From positions 224,001 through 288,000 of the forward strand of contig CAXXFL010000003.1 in NCBI GenBank assembly GCA_963674965.2: DNA of 64,000 nt. Reading direction: 5' to 3'. This stretch comes from a bacterium (GTDB taxonomy: Bacteria; RBG-13-61-14; DATKZS01). Under the pieces are notes generated by a model that did no database searches, had not been told where the DNA came from, and saw only the letters and a program-made list of their open reading frames with translations. This document shows, one piece after another, positions 1 to 9,475 of this stretch (positions are counted from its first letter, which is position 1; every line of letters begins with the position of its first letter). The position numbers and the translations under genes are program-made.

Positions 1-937
1 TGAGGGGCAGGAAATAGCGCTCGACGTTGAACATCCACCAGGCGTGCAGCGCCGAGTAAAGGACGAAGAAAACCAGGAGGGGCCAGGCCTCCTTTTTCCG
101 GACCATGAAGGGCAACCCGATCAGGGCCAGCAGGGTGGCCGCGTGGCCGCCGACGGGCAAGGACATGAAGAGGAAGGAGACGCCGGTCCGGCCCATTTGC
201 GGCGCCCGCTCGGCGGACTCGCCCACGTAGGTCTGGAAGAGGAGCTTTCCGGTCTCGATATAAGTGACGGCCCACCAGGCCGAGGCCATAACGATAGTAA
301 TGACCATGGACAAGAGGGTCCTTGTGGCGCGGGCTTTGTCCCGGCGGCTTGCGACCAGGACGAGCGCGGCGGCGGCGAGCAGGAACCATCCCTCGTGCCG
401 GCTGAGGGCCGCCCATCCCCCGACGGCCCCGGCGAGGAGGGGCCGCCGGGTGATGAGCACCAGATATAAGAGCGCCATGAAGGTAAAGAAGGCCTCGCCG
501 AAGGGCACGCCCGCGTAGGTCACCAGGGCCGCGTTGAAAGCCGCCGCCAGACCGGCGGCCCAGCCCGCCCTCCAGTCTCCGGTTATGTCCCGGGCCAGGG
601 CGAGGCAAAGGCCGGGGACCGAGGAAGAGGCGATGAGGGAAACCAACTGCGCCGACTTGAACCAGTCCGCCGCGCCGAGAAGAAGGGAATGGACCAGGAC
701 AATGGCAAGGGGAAAACCGGGAAGATACTTCGCGTGAAAGGACCCGAGCAACTCGAAGCGTCCATGGGTCAGGCTCTTGGCCAGGGCCATGTAATAGTAG
801 GCGTCCTCCCAGTGGTGGTCCACCGCGAGGAGGGGCCACAGTCGAGGCAGAATCGACAAAAGAAAAAGAGCCGCCCACGCCGCGAAAAGGGGCCCGTCCA
901 TAATGGACCGCGGCGGTATTTTCTCCCCGACCTTCAT
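1..937 (-). CDS. Polytopic membrane protein, GT-C fold glycosyltransferase-like (ArnT/GT39-like); partial, runs off the window edge
   Basis: Not in ORF track. Manual translation from ATG at 937 gives MKVGEKIPPR...DHHWEDAYYYMALAKSL...KYLPGFPL...SRHEGW...NVERYFLPL, open to base 1, with many hydrophobic helices. Confidence 0.7.
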   Translation of the reverse strand, partial: MKVGEKIPPRSIMDGPLFAAWAALFLLSILPRLWPLLAVDHHWEDAYYYMALAKSLTHGRFELLGSFHAKYLPGFPLAIVLVHSLLLGAADWFKSAQLVSLIASSSVPGLCLALARDITGDWRAGWAAGLAAAFNAALVTYAGVPFGEAFFTFMALLYLVLITRRPLLAGAVGGWAALSRHEGWFLLAAAALVLVASRRDKARATRTLLSMVITIVMASAWWAVTYIETGKLLFQTYVGESAERAPQMGRTGVSFLFMSLPVGGHAATLLALIGLPFMVRKKEAWPLLVFFVLYSALHAWWMFNVERYFLPL

Positions 938-1066
938 GTAACCAGCTTATATCATGGATCGACGCGGAGGAAATCGGGGGCCGCGCTTGGTTAATTTCCT
1001 TTGGCTTTATTCTCCTTTCGAGCTTTGCTATGATTTCATGATTATTTTAGCGGAGGGTAAAAACGT

Positions 1067-2335
1067 ATGCCTAACAAATTTTTCGGAGTAAGCCTGGCGG
1101 CGATCGCGAGCATGATCTTGGTCTTTGGCGTCTTTACGCCGTCTTCGGCCTTTGGCGACGAGGAGCCGGCGATGGAGGTCGAGGAGGAATGGCCTCCCCG
1201 CGAGAACGGGTTTCAGATACCGATCATATTGGGGACGGAGGGCATAGGCGGCGGTCTTGGCTACGTGTTCCACGACTTCGGCAAGGACCACAGGCGTTTT
1301 TCCATTTATCCGGTTTTCGCCTACGACACGGATTATAGGATACTGGCGGCGGAGTACACGGAACCGAGCCTCATCCTGGACCGCGACGCGCTCAACTTCA
1401 CGGCCTTTTACCAGAAGAGGACGGGAACGCACTACTTCGGGATAGGTCCCGACCGCCGGATAGAGGACGGAGCTTATTACCAGCGGGAGCAATATCTTTA
1501 CGCTCTTTCCTACTCGGCCTTTTTAATGGGAGACTTCGGTCTTTCCGGCGAGATCGGCTACGACAGGGTTGTTCCCCGCCTGAGCAATCTCGATGACAGG
1601 GACGATTTCTACTCGGGCATATCCGAGCTTGACCGCCCCCTCGAGGACGTTTATCCGGGCCTGGTGAATTCTCCCGAATGGCGCGACGAGATGAACCATT
1701 ACTGGTCCGTCAGCGCCTTCTTCGACAACAGGGAAGGTCCCACCAACTTTCCAGTTGGCGGCGGCTACCTTATCGGCTCGGTGAAGAGAGTGGACGAGGC
1801 GAACGGCGCGGACTGGAACTACTGGCATTACAAGGCGGACGCGGCGCTTTTCGTTCCCCTTGGCGACGACTACAACATACTCTCGGGCCACGCCAGGTGG
1901 GACCGGCTCGACGGGGAGCGGGTCCCCTTTTACAAGCTGCCGTCCCTGGGCCAGTCGCGCTTCTCGACGGGCTACATCCTCGACGGCTACGCCATGCGGG
2001 GAGTATGGGAGAACCTCTGGGCGGACAGGAACCGGGCCCTTTTCTCGGGCGAGATAAGGCACAGGACGCGGGCCGGGTGGTACCCTGAAGACTTGAGGGA
2101 AATCGAATTCCCCTTTGACTTCAATCCCGAGAGGTTCATCAAGCACTCGGCCAGCTTCGCCTGGGTGGACGCCGGGCAGGTCTGGCCCGACGACGAGGAG
2201 TTCGAGGACGTAAGACTCTCCTACGGTGTGGGGATTTTCTTTTTCTTCGACACGGGAGTGGCGCAGCAGATAACGCTCGGGTACTCGGACGACCTGCAAA
2301 ACTACATGCTGTTCTCGCAAAATTGGAACTTCTAA
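1067..2335 (+). CDS. Outer-membrane beta-barrel protein, BamA/TamA (surface antigen) family
   Basis: Signal peptide, amphipathic beta strands, MRG..ENLWADRN motif (VRGY-like), D.GQVW motif, C-terminal Phe. Confidence 0.7.
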   Translation: MPNKFFGVSLAAIASMILVFGVFTPSSAFGDEEPAMEVEEEWPPRENGFQIPIILGTEGIGGGLGYVFHDFGKDHRRFSIYPVFAYDTDYRILAAEYTEPSLILDRDALNFTAFYQKRTGTHYFGIGPDRRIEDGAYYQREQYLYALSYSAFLMGDFGLSGEIGYDRVVPRLSNLDDRDDFYSGISELDRPLEDVYPGLVNSPEWRDEMNHYWSVSAFFDNREGPTNFPVGGGYLIGSVKRVDEANGADWNYWHYKADAALFVPLGDDYNILSGHARWDRLDGERVPFYKLPSLGQSRFSTGYILDGYAMRGVWENLWADRNRALFSGEIRHRTRAGWYPEDLREIEFPFDFNPERFIKHSASFAWVDAGQVWPDDEEFEDVRLSYGVGIFFFFDTGVAQQITLGYSDDLQNYMLFSQNWNF

Positions 2336-2412
2336 GGCCAAAGTCGCGATCAGCGGACGCGACGGCCGCAAAGTGACTTCGCGCAGTAATTAAACCGGAC
2401 CGGGAGGCTACA

Positions 2413-4239
2413 TTGAAAACGGGATCGATTCTTATCGCCATGATAATTTCCATGATTTCCGCCGGCGCGGCGTGGGCGGACGTTCCAAGGCCCGAGCATC
2501 CGCGTCCGGACTTCGAGCGCGACAACTGGCAGAACCTGAACGGCGAATGGGATTTCTCCTTCGACCCGGGCGACCGGGGCCTCTCGGAGTCCTGGCACGA
2601 GCGGGATTCCCTGCCCGACAAAATTACCGTTCCCTTTCCGGTCGAGTCCGAGCTTTCGGGGGTGGCCGAAAAGAGGCCGCCCGAGGTCATGTGGTATCTT
2701 CGCCGTTTCGACCTCGATCCTTCCCTCGAGTGGCCGGGCAAGACGCCGGGCCGGTTGTACGTCAACTTCGGGGCCGTCGACTACGAGGCGACGGTCTGGC
2801 TGAACGGCGAGAAACTGGGCGGCCACATAGGAGGCTACACTCCCTTTTCGTTCGATATCAGCGGCTCAGTAAAGCCGGCGGGCAACGTCCTCGCCCTCCG
2901 GGTCAAGGACTCTCTCGACCGCATGCAGGTAAGGGGAAAGCAGTCTCCAACCGGCAAGCCCTACCTGATCATGTACACCACGGTATCGGGCGTCTGGCAG
3001 ACCGTTTACCTCGAGAGACGGGGAGACCCGCATATCAAGAATTACCGCTTCGTTCCCAACGAGGACCTGTCGGGAGGGGTCTTCGAGCTCGATACCTCGG
3101 GCTACACCGACGAGGTCCGGCCCGTTCTCGAGATAATCGCGCCCGACGGGTGCCGCGAGCGCATATGCGACGTCACCTGGACCGGCATGAAGGCCCGGTG
3201 GAAAACCGAGCTCACCGAGCCCTGGAGCCCGGACAACCCGACGCTTTATCGGGTGAACCTCAGCCTGGTCAGCAAGTCGGGCCGGACGGTGGACGAGGTC
3301 CGGGGCTACGTGGGCATGAGGTCGATCAAGGTCGAGGGAAACCAGGTCCTGTTAAACGGCGAGCCCTTTTACCAGAAGCTCCTTCTCGATCAGGGCTATT
3401 TCCCCGGCGGCATATATACGCCCAAGGACGACGAGGCCATGCGGGCCGACGTGGAGACCTACAAGCTGATGGGCTTTAACGGCCTTCGCAAGCACCAGAA
3501 AATCGAGGACCCCCGCTTTCTTTACTGGTGCGACAAACTCGGGCTGGTGGTGTGGGAGGAAATGCCGTCCCTCGGGTTCGGCGTGCCCCGCGGCGTGCCC
3601 GAGAAAATGATGGGGCGCTTCGACCAGGAGTGGATGGAAGCGATCGGCCGCGACTACAATCACCCGTGCATTATCGCCTGGACCGTGTTCAACGAGAACT
3701 GGGGCATCGCCCATTCCCTGTTTGGCGGCAGGTCCGAGAAGTGGGCAAGGGACGCGGTGAAGCGGACAAGGAGGGCCGATCCCACCCGCCTGATAGTGGA
3801 CAACTCCGGCTCCTGGCATTTCGACTCGGACATATGGGACTTCCACCACTACCTTTCCACCGCCGAGAAATCGAGGGACCTTTACGAGAAATACGACTTC
3901 AAAAAGGGCGACCACGTGGGTCTTGGCTGGTACTTCCTCAAGCTCCTGTCCGGCGACGCTCTTATCCCCGTCTTCATGCCCGGCGAGGACTATGGAGGCC
4001 AGCCGATAATCGTCTCCGAGTACGGCGGGTTCGGTTTTTACCCCACCAAGGGCCAGGACCTCCTTACCCAGTACCGCGACTACACTCTCATGATGAAAAA
4101 CTTCCCCCAAATCAAAGGATACTGCTATACTCAACCTTACGACGTGGAGCAGGAAAAGAACGGCCTCATGACCTTCGACCGGCGGCCCAAGGTCCCCATC
4201 GAGGAGATCAAGGCGATTAACGACCAGATGGGCCACTGA
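2413..4239 (+). CDS. Glycoside hydrolase family 2 (secreted)
   Basis: HPRPDFER, LNGEWDF, FGAVDY, LLDQGYFP, WTVFNENWG, VSEYGG, YTQPYDVEQEKNG motifs; signal peptide. Confidence 0.9.
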   Translation: MKTGSILIAMIISMISAGAAWADVPRPEHPRPDFERDNWQNLNGEWDFSFDPGDRGLSESWHERDSLPDKITVPFPVESELSGVAEKRPPEVMWYLRRFDLDPSLEWPGKTPGRLYVNFGAVDYEATVWLNGEKLGGHIGGYTPFSFDISGSVKPAGNVLALRVKDSLDRMQVRGKQSPTGKPYLIMYTTVSGVWQTVYLERRGDPHIKNYRFVPNEDLSGGVFELDTSGYTDEVRPVLEIIAPDGCRERICDVTWTGMKARWKTELTEPWSPDNPTLYRVNLSLVSKSGRTVDEVRGYVGMRSIKVEGNQVLLNGEPFYQKLLLDQGYFPGGIYTPKDDEAMRADVETYKLMGFNGLRKHQKIEDPRFLYWCDKLGLVVWEEMPSLGFGVPRGVPEKMMGRFDQEWMEAIGRDYNHPCIIAWTVFNENWGIAHSLFGGRSEKWARDAVKRTRRADPTRLIVDNSGSWHFDSDIWDFHHYLSTAEKSRDLYEKYDFKKGDHVGLGWYFLKLLSGDALIPVFMPGEDYGGQPIIVSEYGGFGFYPTKGQDLLTQYRDYTLMMKNFPQIKGYCYTQPYDVEQEKNGLMTFDRRPKVPIEEIKAINDQMGH

Positions 4240-4330
4240 AAACGCCGAGACCGTAAAAGCCGTTTGCCATGGTAAAATACATCCGGCAACCCGCGGTTCG
4301 TTGGCGGACGATCACGGTAAGGAGAGAAAT

Positions 4331-5578
4331 ATGATCGACTGGAAATCCATTCCCAAGTCTCGAAGCGTGGCGGACTTCGCCGAGTATATCTCGCCGGGCA
4401 AGGTCAAAAGCTATGAAATGATGGGGATAAGCATCGTGCCGGGGAAACGCGAGGGCGTGCGCCTTTGGGACGTGGACGGCAAGGCCTATATCAACTGCCG
4501 CTCGTCGGGGGGAGTTTTCAACCTGGGCCACTGCCCGCCCGAGATCAAGGCCGTGCTCATGGACGCCATCGAGGGGGGACTGGACCTGGGCGACCATATG
4601 CTCATGAGCGCCCAGCGCGCCGAGCTGGCCAAAAGACTGGCCGAACTCACGCCGGGAGATATCCATTACACCGTCCTGGGCGTGGGCGGCGGCGAGGCCA
4701 TCGACCTGGCCATAAAGCTGGCGCGCGGATACACGGGCAGGCCGGGGATTATTTCCGCGCTGGGCGGATACCATGGGCACACGGGTTTCGCCCTGGCCGC
4801 GGGGGACGAGTCGTTCAAGAAGTTCTTCGGGCCCCTCGCCCCCGGTTTCAAGCAGGTCCCCTTCGGCGACGCCAAGGCCGTGGACGAGGCGGTGGACGAC
4901 GACGCGGCGGCGGTCATCTTCGAGACCATTCCCGCCACTTTCGGCTTCCCCATCCCGCCCGATGATTTTTATCCCGAGGTCCGGCGGATTTGCGACGAGC
5001 GCGGCGCGCTTCTCATCCTGGACGAGGTCCAGGCCGGCCTGGGCAGGACGGGAAGGCTTTGGGCCATCGACGAATGGGAGGTCGTGCCCGATATATTGGT
5101 CCTGGCCAAGGGCCTGGCGGGTTCCTATTATCCCATGTCCGCCACCTGTTTCCGAAAGCCCCTGGGAAAGTTCTTCGAGGACAACCCCTTCATCCACGTC
5201 TCCACCATGGGCGGCTCCGAGATTGGCTGCGCCGTGACCCTGGCCCTGCTCGACGCGGTAAGCGAGCTGGATTTCCTCGAGCGCGTGAAAATGATGGGCC
5301 GCCGCTTCGCCGACGGCTTCGCCAGGCTTCGCGAGACCTACGGCGGCATACTGACCGAGGTAAGGCAAAGGGGCCTTATGATCGGCCTCAAGCACTCGGA
5401 GGACAAGTACGGCTTCCTCATGAGCGCGGCCATGGCCAAGAACGGCGTCATCGCCCTCTTCGCCAACAACGACAAGTCCGTGCTCCAGGTCATGCCTCCC
5501 CTCATCATCCAGGCCGAGGAGGTGGACGAGGTCTTGGACGCCCTCGAGGCTTCCTACCGCGAGGTATCGAGGATGTGA
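4331..5578 (+). CDS. Class III PLP aminotransferase (acetylornithine/putrescine aminotransferase-like)
   Basis: GYHGHT, LILDEVQAGLGRTG, PDILVLAKGLAG motifs; AAGGAG SD before ATG 4331. Confidence 0.9.
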   Translation: MIDWKSIPKSRSVADFAEYISPGKVKSYEMMGISIVPGKREGVRLWDVDGKAYINCRSSGGVFNLGHCPPEIKAVLMDAIEGGLDLGDHMLMSAQRAELAKRLAELTPGDIHYTVLGVGGGEAIDLAIKLARGYTGRPGIISALGGYHGHTGFALAAGDESFKKFFGPLAPGFKQVPFGDAKAVDEAVDDDAAAVIFETIPATFGFPIPPDDFYPEVRRICDERGALLILDEVQAGLGRTGRLWAIDEWEVVPDILVLAKGLAGSYYPMSATCFRKPLGKFFEDNPFIHVSTMGGSEIGCAVTLALLDAVSELDFLERVKMMGRRFADGFARLRETYGGILTEVRQRGLMIGLKHSEDKYGFLMSAAMAKNGVIALFANNDKSVLQVMPPLIIQAEEVDEVLDALEASYREVSRM

Positions 5579-6591
5579 TGAAAAAAGGGGCTCGCCGGAA
5601 AACGGGACCGACCGAGCCGCTCAGGGTACACATCCTGGGCATCGGCGAGATCACCACCACCATCGAGATCAAGGGAGGCAACTGGGGAAAAATTCATCCC
5701 ACTGAAAAAAGATGGATGAAGCTCGCCTATAAAAGGATGCCCGCCTTTGACGACAAGAAAGCCGCCGACGACTACGTATCGGCCCATGAAAAATACCAGG
5801 AAATCCTGGAGGAGTTGGGAATCCAGACGCCCTGGCACGACAACCTCCTCCGCCGGCGGGACGACGGCAAATGGGTGGTGTACAACCGGCAGGAGCGGCT
5901 CGAGACGAAAAAGGTCGCCTGCCTGGTCGTTCACGACCTGGACCTCGAGGGCAACCTGAGCCTGTTCAGACAACTTCTAAAAAAGCTCGAGCCCATGTTC
6001 CTTCACAACCCGTCGCGCCCGGATTTGCAGGTCGGCTTCGACGCCCAGCTTCCCAACTGGGTCCTTACCGGGTACGACCCCGAGGCCCGCGAGATAGGCG
6101 ACAACGAGCCCATGGTCTACATCGACACCAGCACTCCACTGCTCCGGGTTGACGGAAGGGAGCTTCTGGACACCGAGCTGTTCCTCCGCGCCATCCCCGC
6201 CGCGTTCCGCCCCATTATCCGGCTCGTGGCCCTCGGCCACGTGGTCAATCGCTACTACGAGCCGAGGGAGGTCATCCTCGACCTGGTGGCGTCCTATATC
6301 ACTCACCGCCGCCCCGACCTGGTGGCCCCCATGGTCGAGGAGGCCAACCGGTTCATGGCCGAGTCGTCCTTCGCCAAGGACGCCGAGCCCTTCACGGAAA
6401 AAAAGATATCCGCCTACAACGGGCAGGACGTGGCCATATGGCACGCCTTCCGGACCCTCAAACGCGTGGACCGGTACCTGGGCGAGCGCTTCCTGGGCAA
6501 GACCTACGAGCAAAGGCTTCCCCATGGATCGCCAAAAAAATGGAAGAACCTGGTCGGGGCCGGCGGCATGGGCCTGGTAGATAAGGACTGA
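5578..6591 (+). CDS. DUF6206-like protein
   Basis: Start overlaps the upstream stop (TGATG); GIGEITT, YKRMP, GFDAQLPNW, YIDTSTPL motifs recalled from DUF6206. Confidence 0.65.
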   Translation: MKKGARRKTGPTEPLRVHILGIGEITTTIEIKGGNWGKIHPTEKRWMKLAYKRMPAFDDKKAADDYVSAHEKYQEILEELGIQTPWHDNLLRRRDDGKWVVYNRQERLETKKVACLVVHDLDLEGNLSLFRQLLKKLEPMFLHNPSRPDLQVGFDAQLPNWVLTGYDPEAREIGDNEPMVYIDTSTPLLRVDGRELLDTELFLRAIPAAFRPIIRLVALGHVVNRYYEPREVILDLVASYITHRRPDLVAPMVEEANRFMAESSFAKDAEPFTEKKISAYNGQDVAIWHAFRTLKRVDRYLGERFLGKTYEQRLPHGSPKKWKNLVGAGGMGLVDKD

Positions 6592-6593
6592 GC

Positions 6594-8582
6594 TTACAGG
6601 TTCTCGTCGAGGAAGCCGGCGATCTCCCTCCAGCACTCGAGCTCGTTGGCGGTCTTCTTGAATCCGTGGCCCTCGTCGTCGAAGACGAGATATTTCACCA
6701 CGCCTCCGTTGGCCCTGACCGCCTCGACAATATCGTCGCTTTCCTTCTTGATCACGCGGACGTCGTTTCCTCCTTGCACCACCATGAGGGGCCTTGAGAT
6801 TTTATCGGCGTGAAAAAGGGGCGAGATGGCCTCGAGCTTTTCCCGCTCGGCGGCGGGGTCCCCTATCTCCTCGAAAAGATGGCTTTTAAAAGACGACCAG
6901 TAGGGGGGCATGTTCTCGAGGGTGCGGACCCAGTTCGAGACGCCGAACACGTCCACCCCGGCGGCGAACTCCTCGGGCGTGAAGGCCAGGGCCGCCAGGA
7001 CCATGTAGCCGCCGTAGCTCCGGCCCATGATCCCGATCCGGTCGGGATCGATCCAATCGAGGCCGGCCAGGTAGCGCCTCGCGTCCACGCAGTCGTAAAG
7101 GGGCTCTCTTCCGTGACGGCCGTCGTCGGCGTGGTAAAAGGTCTTGCCGTAGCCGGAGGAACCCCGGTTATTGACCGCCAGGATGGCGTAGCCCTTGCCC
7201 AAAAGATACTGGAACCCCGGCTTATAGCCCGGGCCGCTCTGGCCGCCGGGGCCGCCGTGAACGTACACGATGGCCGGCGCCCGATTATCCGGACCGGCGC
7301 CGATCGGCCGGTAGAGGAACCCCGGTATGGTCAGGCCGTCCCTGGCCGCGAAGCTTATCCGCTCCGACTCGACCAGGCTTGACTTGTCGATCTCGGGGTT
7401 GTCGGCGCTCGCGAGCAGGCGCGACTCGCCCGCCGAGCGGTCGTAAGCGTATAGGCTCCTGGCCGAGACGTCGGAGCCGGCGTAAAAGGCCATCAGGTCC
7501 TCGTCCCGCGAGAAGACGACGCCGCTTATGGTCTCGCCCGGCGGCTCGGGAAGGATGATGGATTGGCCGTTTCCCACCTTGGTGACGCTGACCGCGGGCC
7601 GGCCGTCAAGGTTGACGACAACGATTATAAACGTGCCCAGCCTGCTGAAATCGGCGGAGATTACGTCCCACTTGAAATCGCCCACCGTCTCGCGGGTCTC
7701 GCCGGCCAGGTCGAAGCGGACAAGGTCCATGAACTCTCCCCGACCGTCGGAAAGGTAGTAAAGCATGTCTCCCCTGGGACTGAAGGTCTGAGGTGAATGG
7801 CGCCCTTTTAAATCCGCGCCCGCCGCGAGAATGGTCTCTTCGCTCTCGAGGTCGCGGACGTATAGCTCGTTGGACCCGTTGCCCACCACCCTGGTCAGCG
7901 CCAGTTTTTTTCCGTCCCTCGAAATAGGGCCGATGGAGAAGGGAGAGTCAAGGTCGTTCTCGAAAACGATTTCGGCGCTCATGTCCTTGGTCTCGGGTTC
8001 GATCTTCCATTTATATAGGTCGAAGGCGCGAGGGTCCCGGCGGTTGTTGGAGGCGTAAAAGAAGCGGTCGTCGTGACTGAACCCCTCGAAGCTTTCCTTG
8101 ACTTCCGGGTCGCCCGTGAGGTCAACGGTGGACCCGTCCGGGTGAAGGACGTAAAGATGGGTCTTCTCGTTTCCTTCCCGGTCCTTGCGGTAAAGGATCC
8201 TGTCGTCCGCGGGAAAATAGGACTGGCTGAAGATCGAGTCCGTCTTCGAGTCCGTCAGCCTTCTTCCGTTATCGCCCCGGACCCCGATTTCATAAACGTT
8301 GTAAACGCCCGATTCATTGCTGGTGTACAGTATCCGTTCCCCGTCGCGGGAAAAGGACGCTCCACCCAGGCTTTTAAACTTGTGCAGGGCCTCGAGGCCT
8401 ACCCGTTCCGGTCTTTCCTTTTTTTGCCTCGCCGACGATACTTTGGAAGCCTGGCCGTTTTCCGGGGAAGCGCCCTTTGCATGGTCCCGGCAGGACGACG
8501 CCAACAATAGGACGGCGAAAAAGAAAACGAAAAGGGCCGTACCCCCCGGGGCCCCGCCCCGCCTTCGCTCGAGCGCGTCCAG
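6594..8582 (-). CDS. S9 family peptidase (beta-propeller plus alpha/beta hydrolase), probable lipoprotein; start uncertain (CTG 8582 proposed)
   Basis: VHGGPG, NNRGSSGYG, GRSYGG nucleophile, QGGNDVRV, DEGHGF. A complete signal peptide only appears if translation starts upstream of 8507. Confidence 0.9.
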   Translation of the reverse strand: MDALERRRGGAPGGTALFVFFFAVLLLASSCRDHAKGASPENGQASKVSSARQKKERPERVGLEALHKFKSLGGASFSRDGERILYTSNESGVYNVYEIGVRGDNGRRLTDSKTDSIFSQSYFPADDRILYRKDREGNEKTHLYVLHPDGSTVDLTGDPEVKESFEGFSHDDRFFYASNNRRDPRAFDLYKWKIEPETKDMSAEIVFENDLDSPFSIGPISRDGKKLALTRVVGNGSNELYVRDLESEETILAAGADLKGRHSPQTFSPRGDMLYYLSDGRGEFMDLVRFDLAGETRETVGDFKWDVISADFSRLGTFIIVVVNLDGRPAVSVTKVGNGQSIILPEPPGETISGVVFSRDEDLMAFYAGSDVSARSLYAYDRSAGESRLLASADNPEIDKSSLVESERISFAARDGLTIPGFLYRPIGAGPDNRAPAIVYVHGGPGGQSGPGYKPGFQYLLGKGYAILAVNNRGSSGYGKTFYHADDGRHGREPLYDCVDARRYLAGLDWIDPDRIGIMGRSYGGYMVLAALAFTPEEFAAGVDVFGVSNWVRTLENMPPYWSSFKSHLFEEIGDPAAEREKLEAISPLFHADKISRPLMVVQGGNDVRVIKKESDDIVEAVRANGGVVKYLVFDDEGHGFKKTANELECWREIAGFLDENL

Positions 8583-8594
8583 GATGGCTTCCCC

Positions 8595-9452
8595 CTATTT
8601 GCCCACGACCTGGAGGCTTTGCCGGCAGACCACGTTATAAGACTTGGTGGGATAGTTGCCGTGGAGCCGCACCTCGTAGTCGCCCGGCGAGGTCGGTACG
8701 GCCAGGGTGACCTCCGTCGCCCCGGAGTCGACGTATTTCCAATCCCCCCATTCCCCGTCACCGGCGCCCGCCCGGATGAGGGTTATCCAATATTGTTCTC
8801 CAACCACTGGTACCAGAGGGGCCCCGAAAAAAACCCTCGGGGCCTGGCCAACCTGGATGGCCGTCCTCTCGAGACGGCAAGACTCCATGGCCCTCGTGGA
8901 CTCCTCGCCCGCGCTCACGCCCGGACCGGAGGCCACCACCTTGAGCGAGACCCGGAAAACCACGTTGTAAGGCTTGGCCGGATAGTTGCCGTGCAGCCGA
9001 ATCTCGTAGTCGCCGGCCTCGGTCGGAGCGGCCAGCTTGACCTCGGTCGCTCCCGACTCGACGTAGGCCCACTTGCCCCAACTGGGGTCGGGTTCCCGGC
9101 TGGGAATAAGGGTGATCCAGTACCTTTCCCCCTCGAGCGGAACGAGAGGCGCGTTAAACCGGATCACGGGCGACTCGCCCACCTCGACGGTCGGGGCCGC
9201 GAGCGTAAAGGTGGGATTCACCGAAACCGCGCCCGCCCCGGCCGGGGCCGCCGGCTGGACGGGAGGAGCGGCCGGCTTGTCCTTGCCCGAGGGCTTGTCC
9301 AGTTCCTCGTCGACCTTCTCGACGAGCTTCCGGCCGAGTTGTTTCGTCTTCTCGTCCACGCGGCGGTCAAGGTCCTTGACGTCCTTACAGCCGGGAAGCG
9401 AAAGGGACGCCGCCAGGGCGACGAGCGTAAAGTAAACGAAGAAGCGGTACAT
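8595..9452 (-). CDS. Lipoprotein with two tandem Ig-like repeats
   Basis: Lipobox LPGC; two ~90-aa repeats YWITLI...WG.W.YV.SGATEV.LA.PT..GDYE.RLHGNYP.K.YNVV. Confidence 0.75.
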   Translation of the reverse strand: MYRFFVYFTLVALAASLSLPGCKDVKDLDRRVDEKTKQLGRKLVEKVDEELDKPSGKDKPAAPPVQPAAPAGAGAVSVNPTFTLAAPTVEVGESPVIRFNAPLVPLEGERYWITLIPSREPDPSWGKWAYVESGATEVKLAAPTEAGDYEIRLHGNYPAKPYNVVFRVSLKVVASGPGVSAGEESTRAMESCRLERTAIQVGQAPRVFFGAPLVPVVGEQYWITLIRAGAGDGEWGDWKYVDSGATEVTLAVPTSPGDYEVRLHGNYPTKSYNVVCRQSLQVVGK

Positions 9453-9475
9453 GGCTGTCCTCCTTGTCCGGACGG

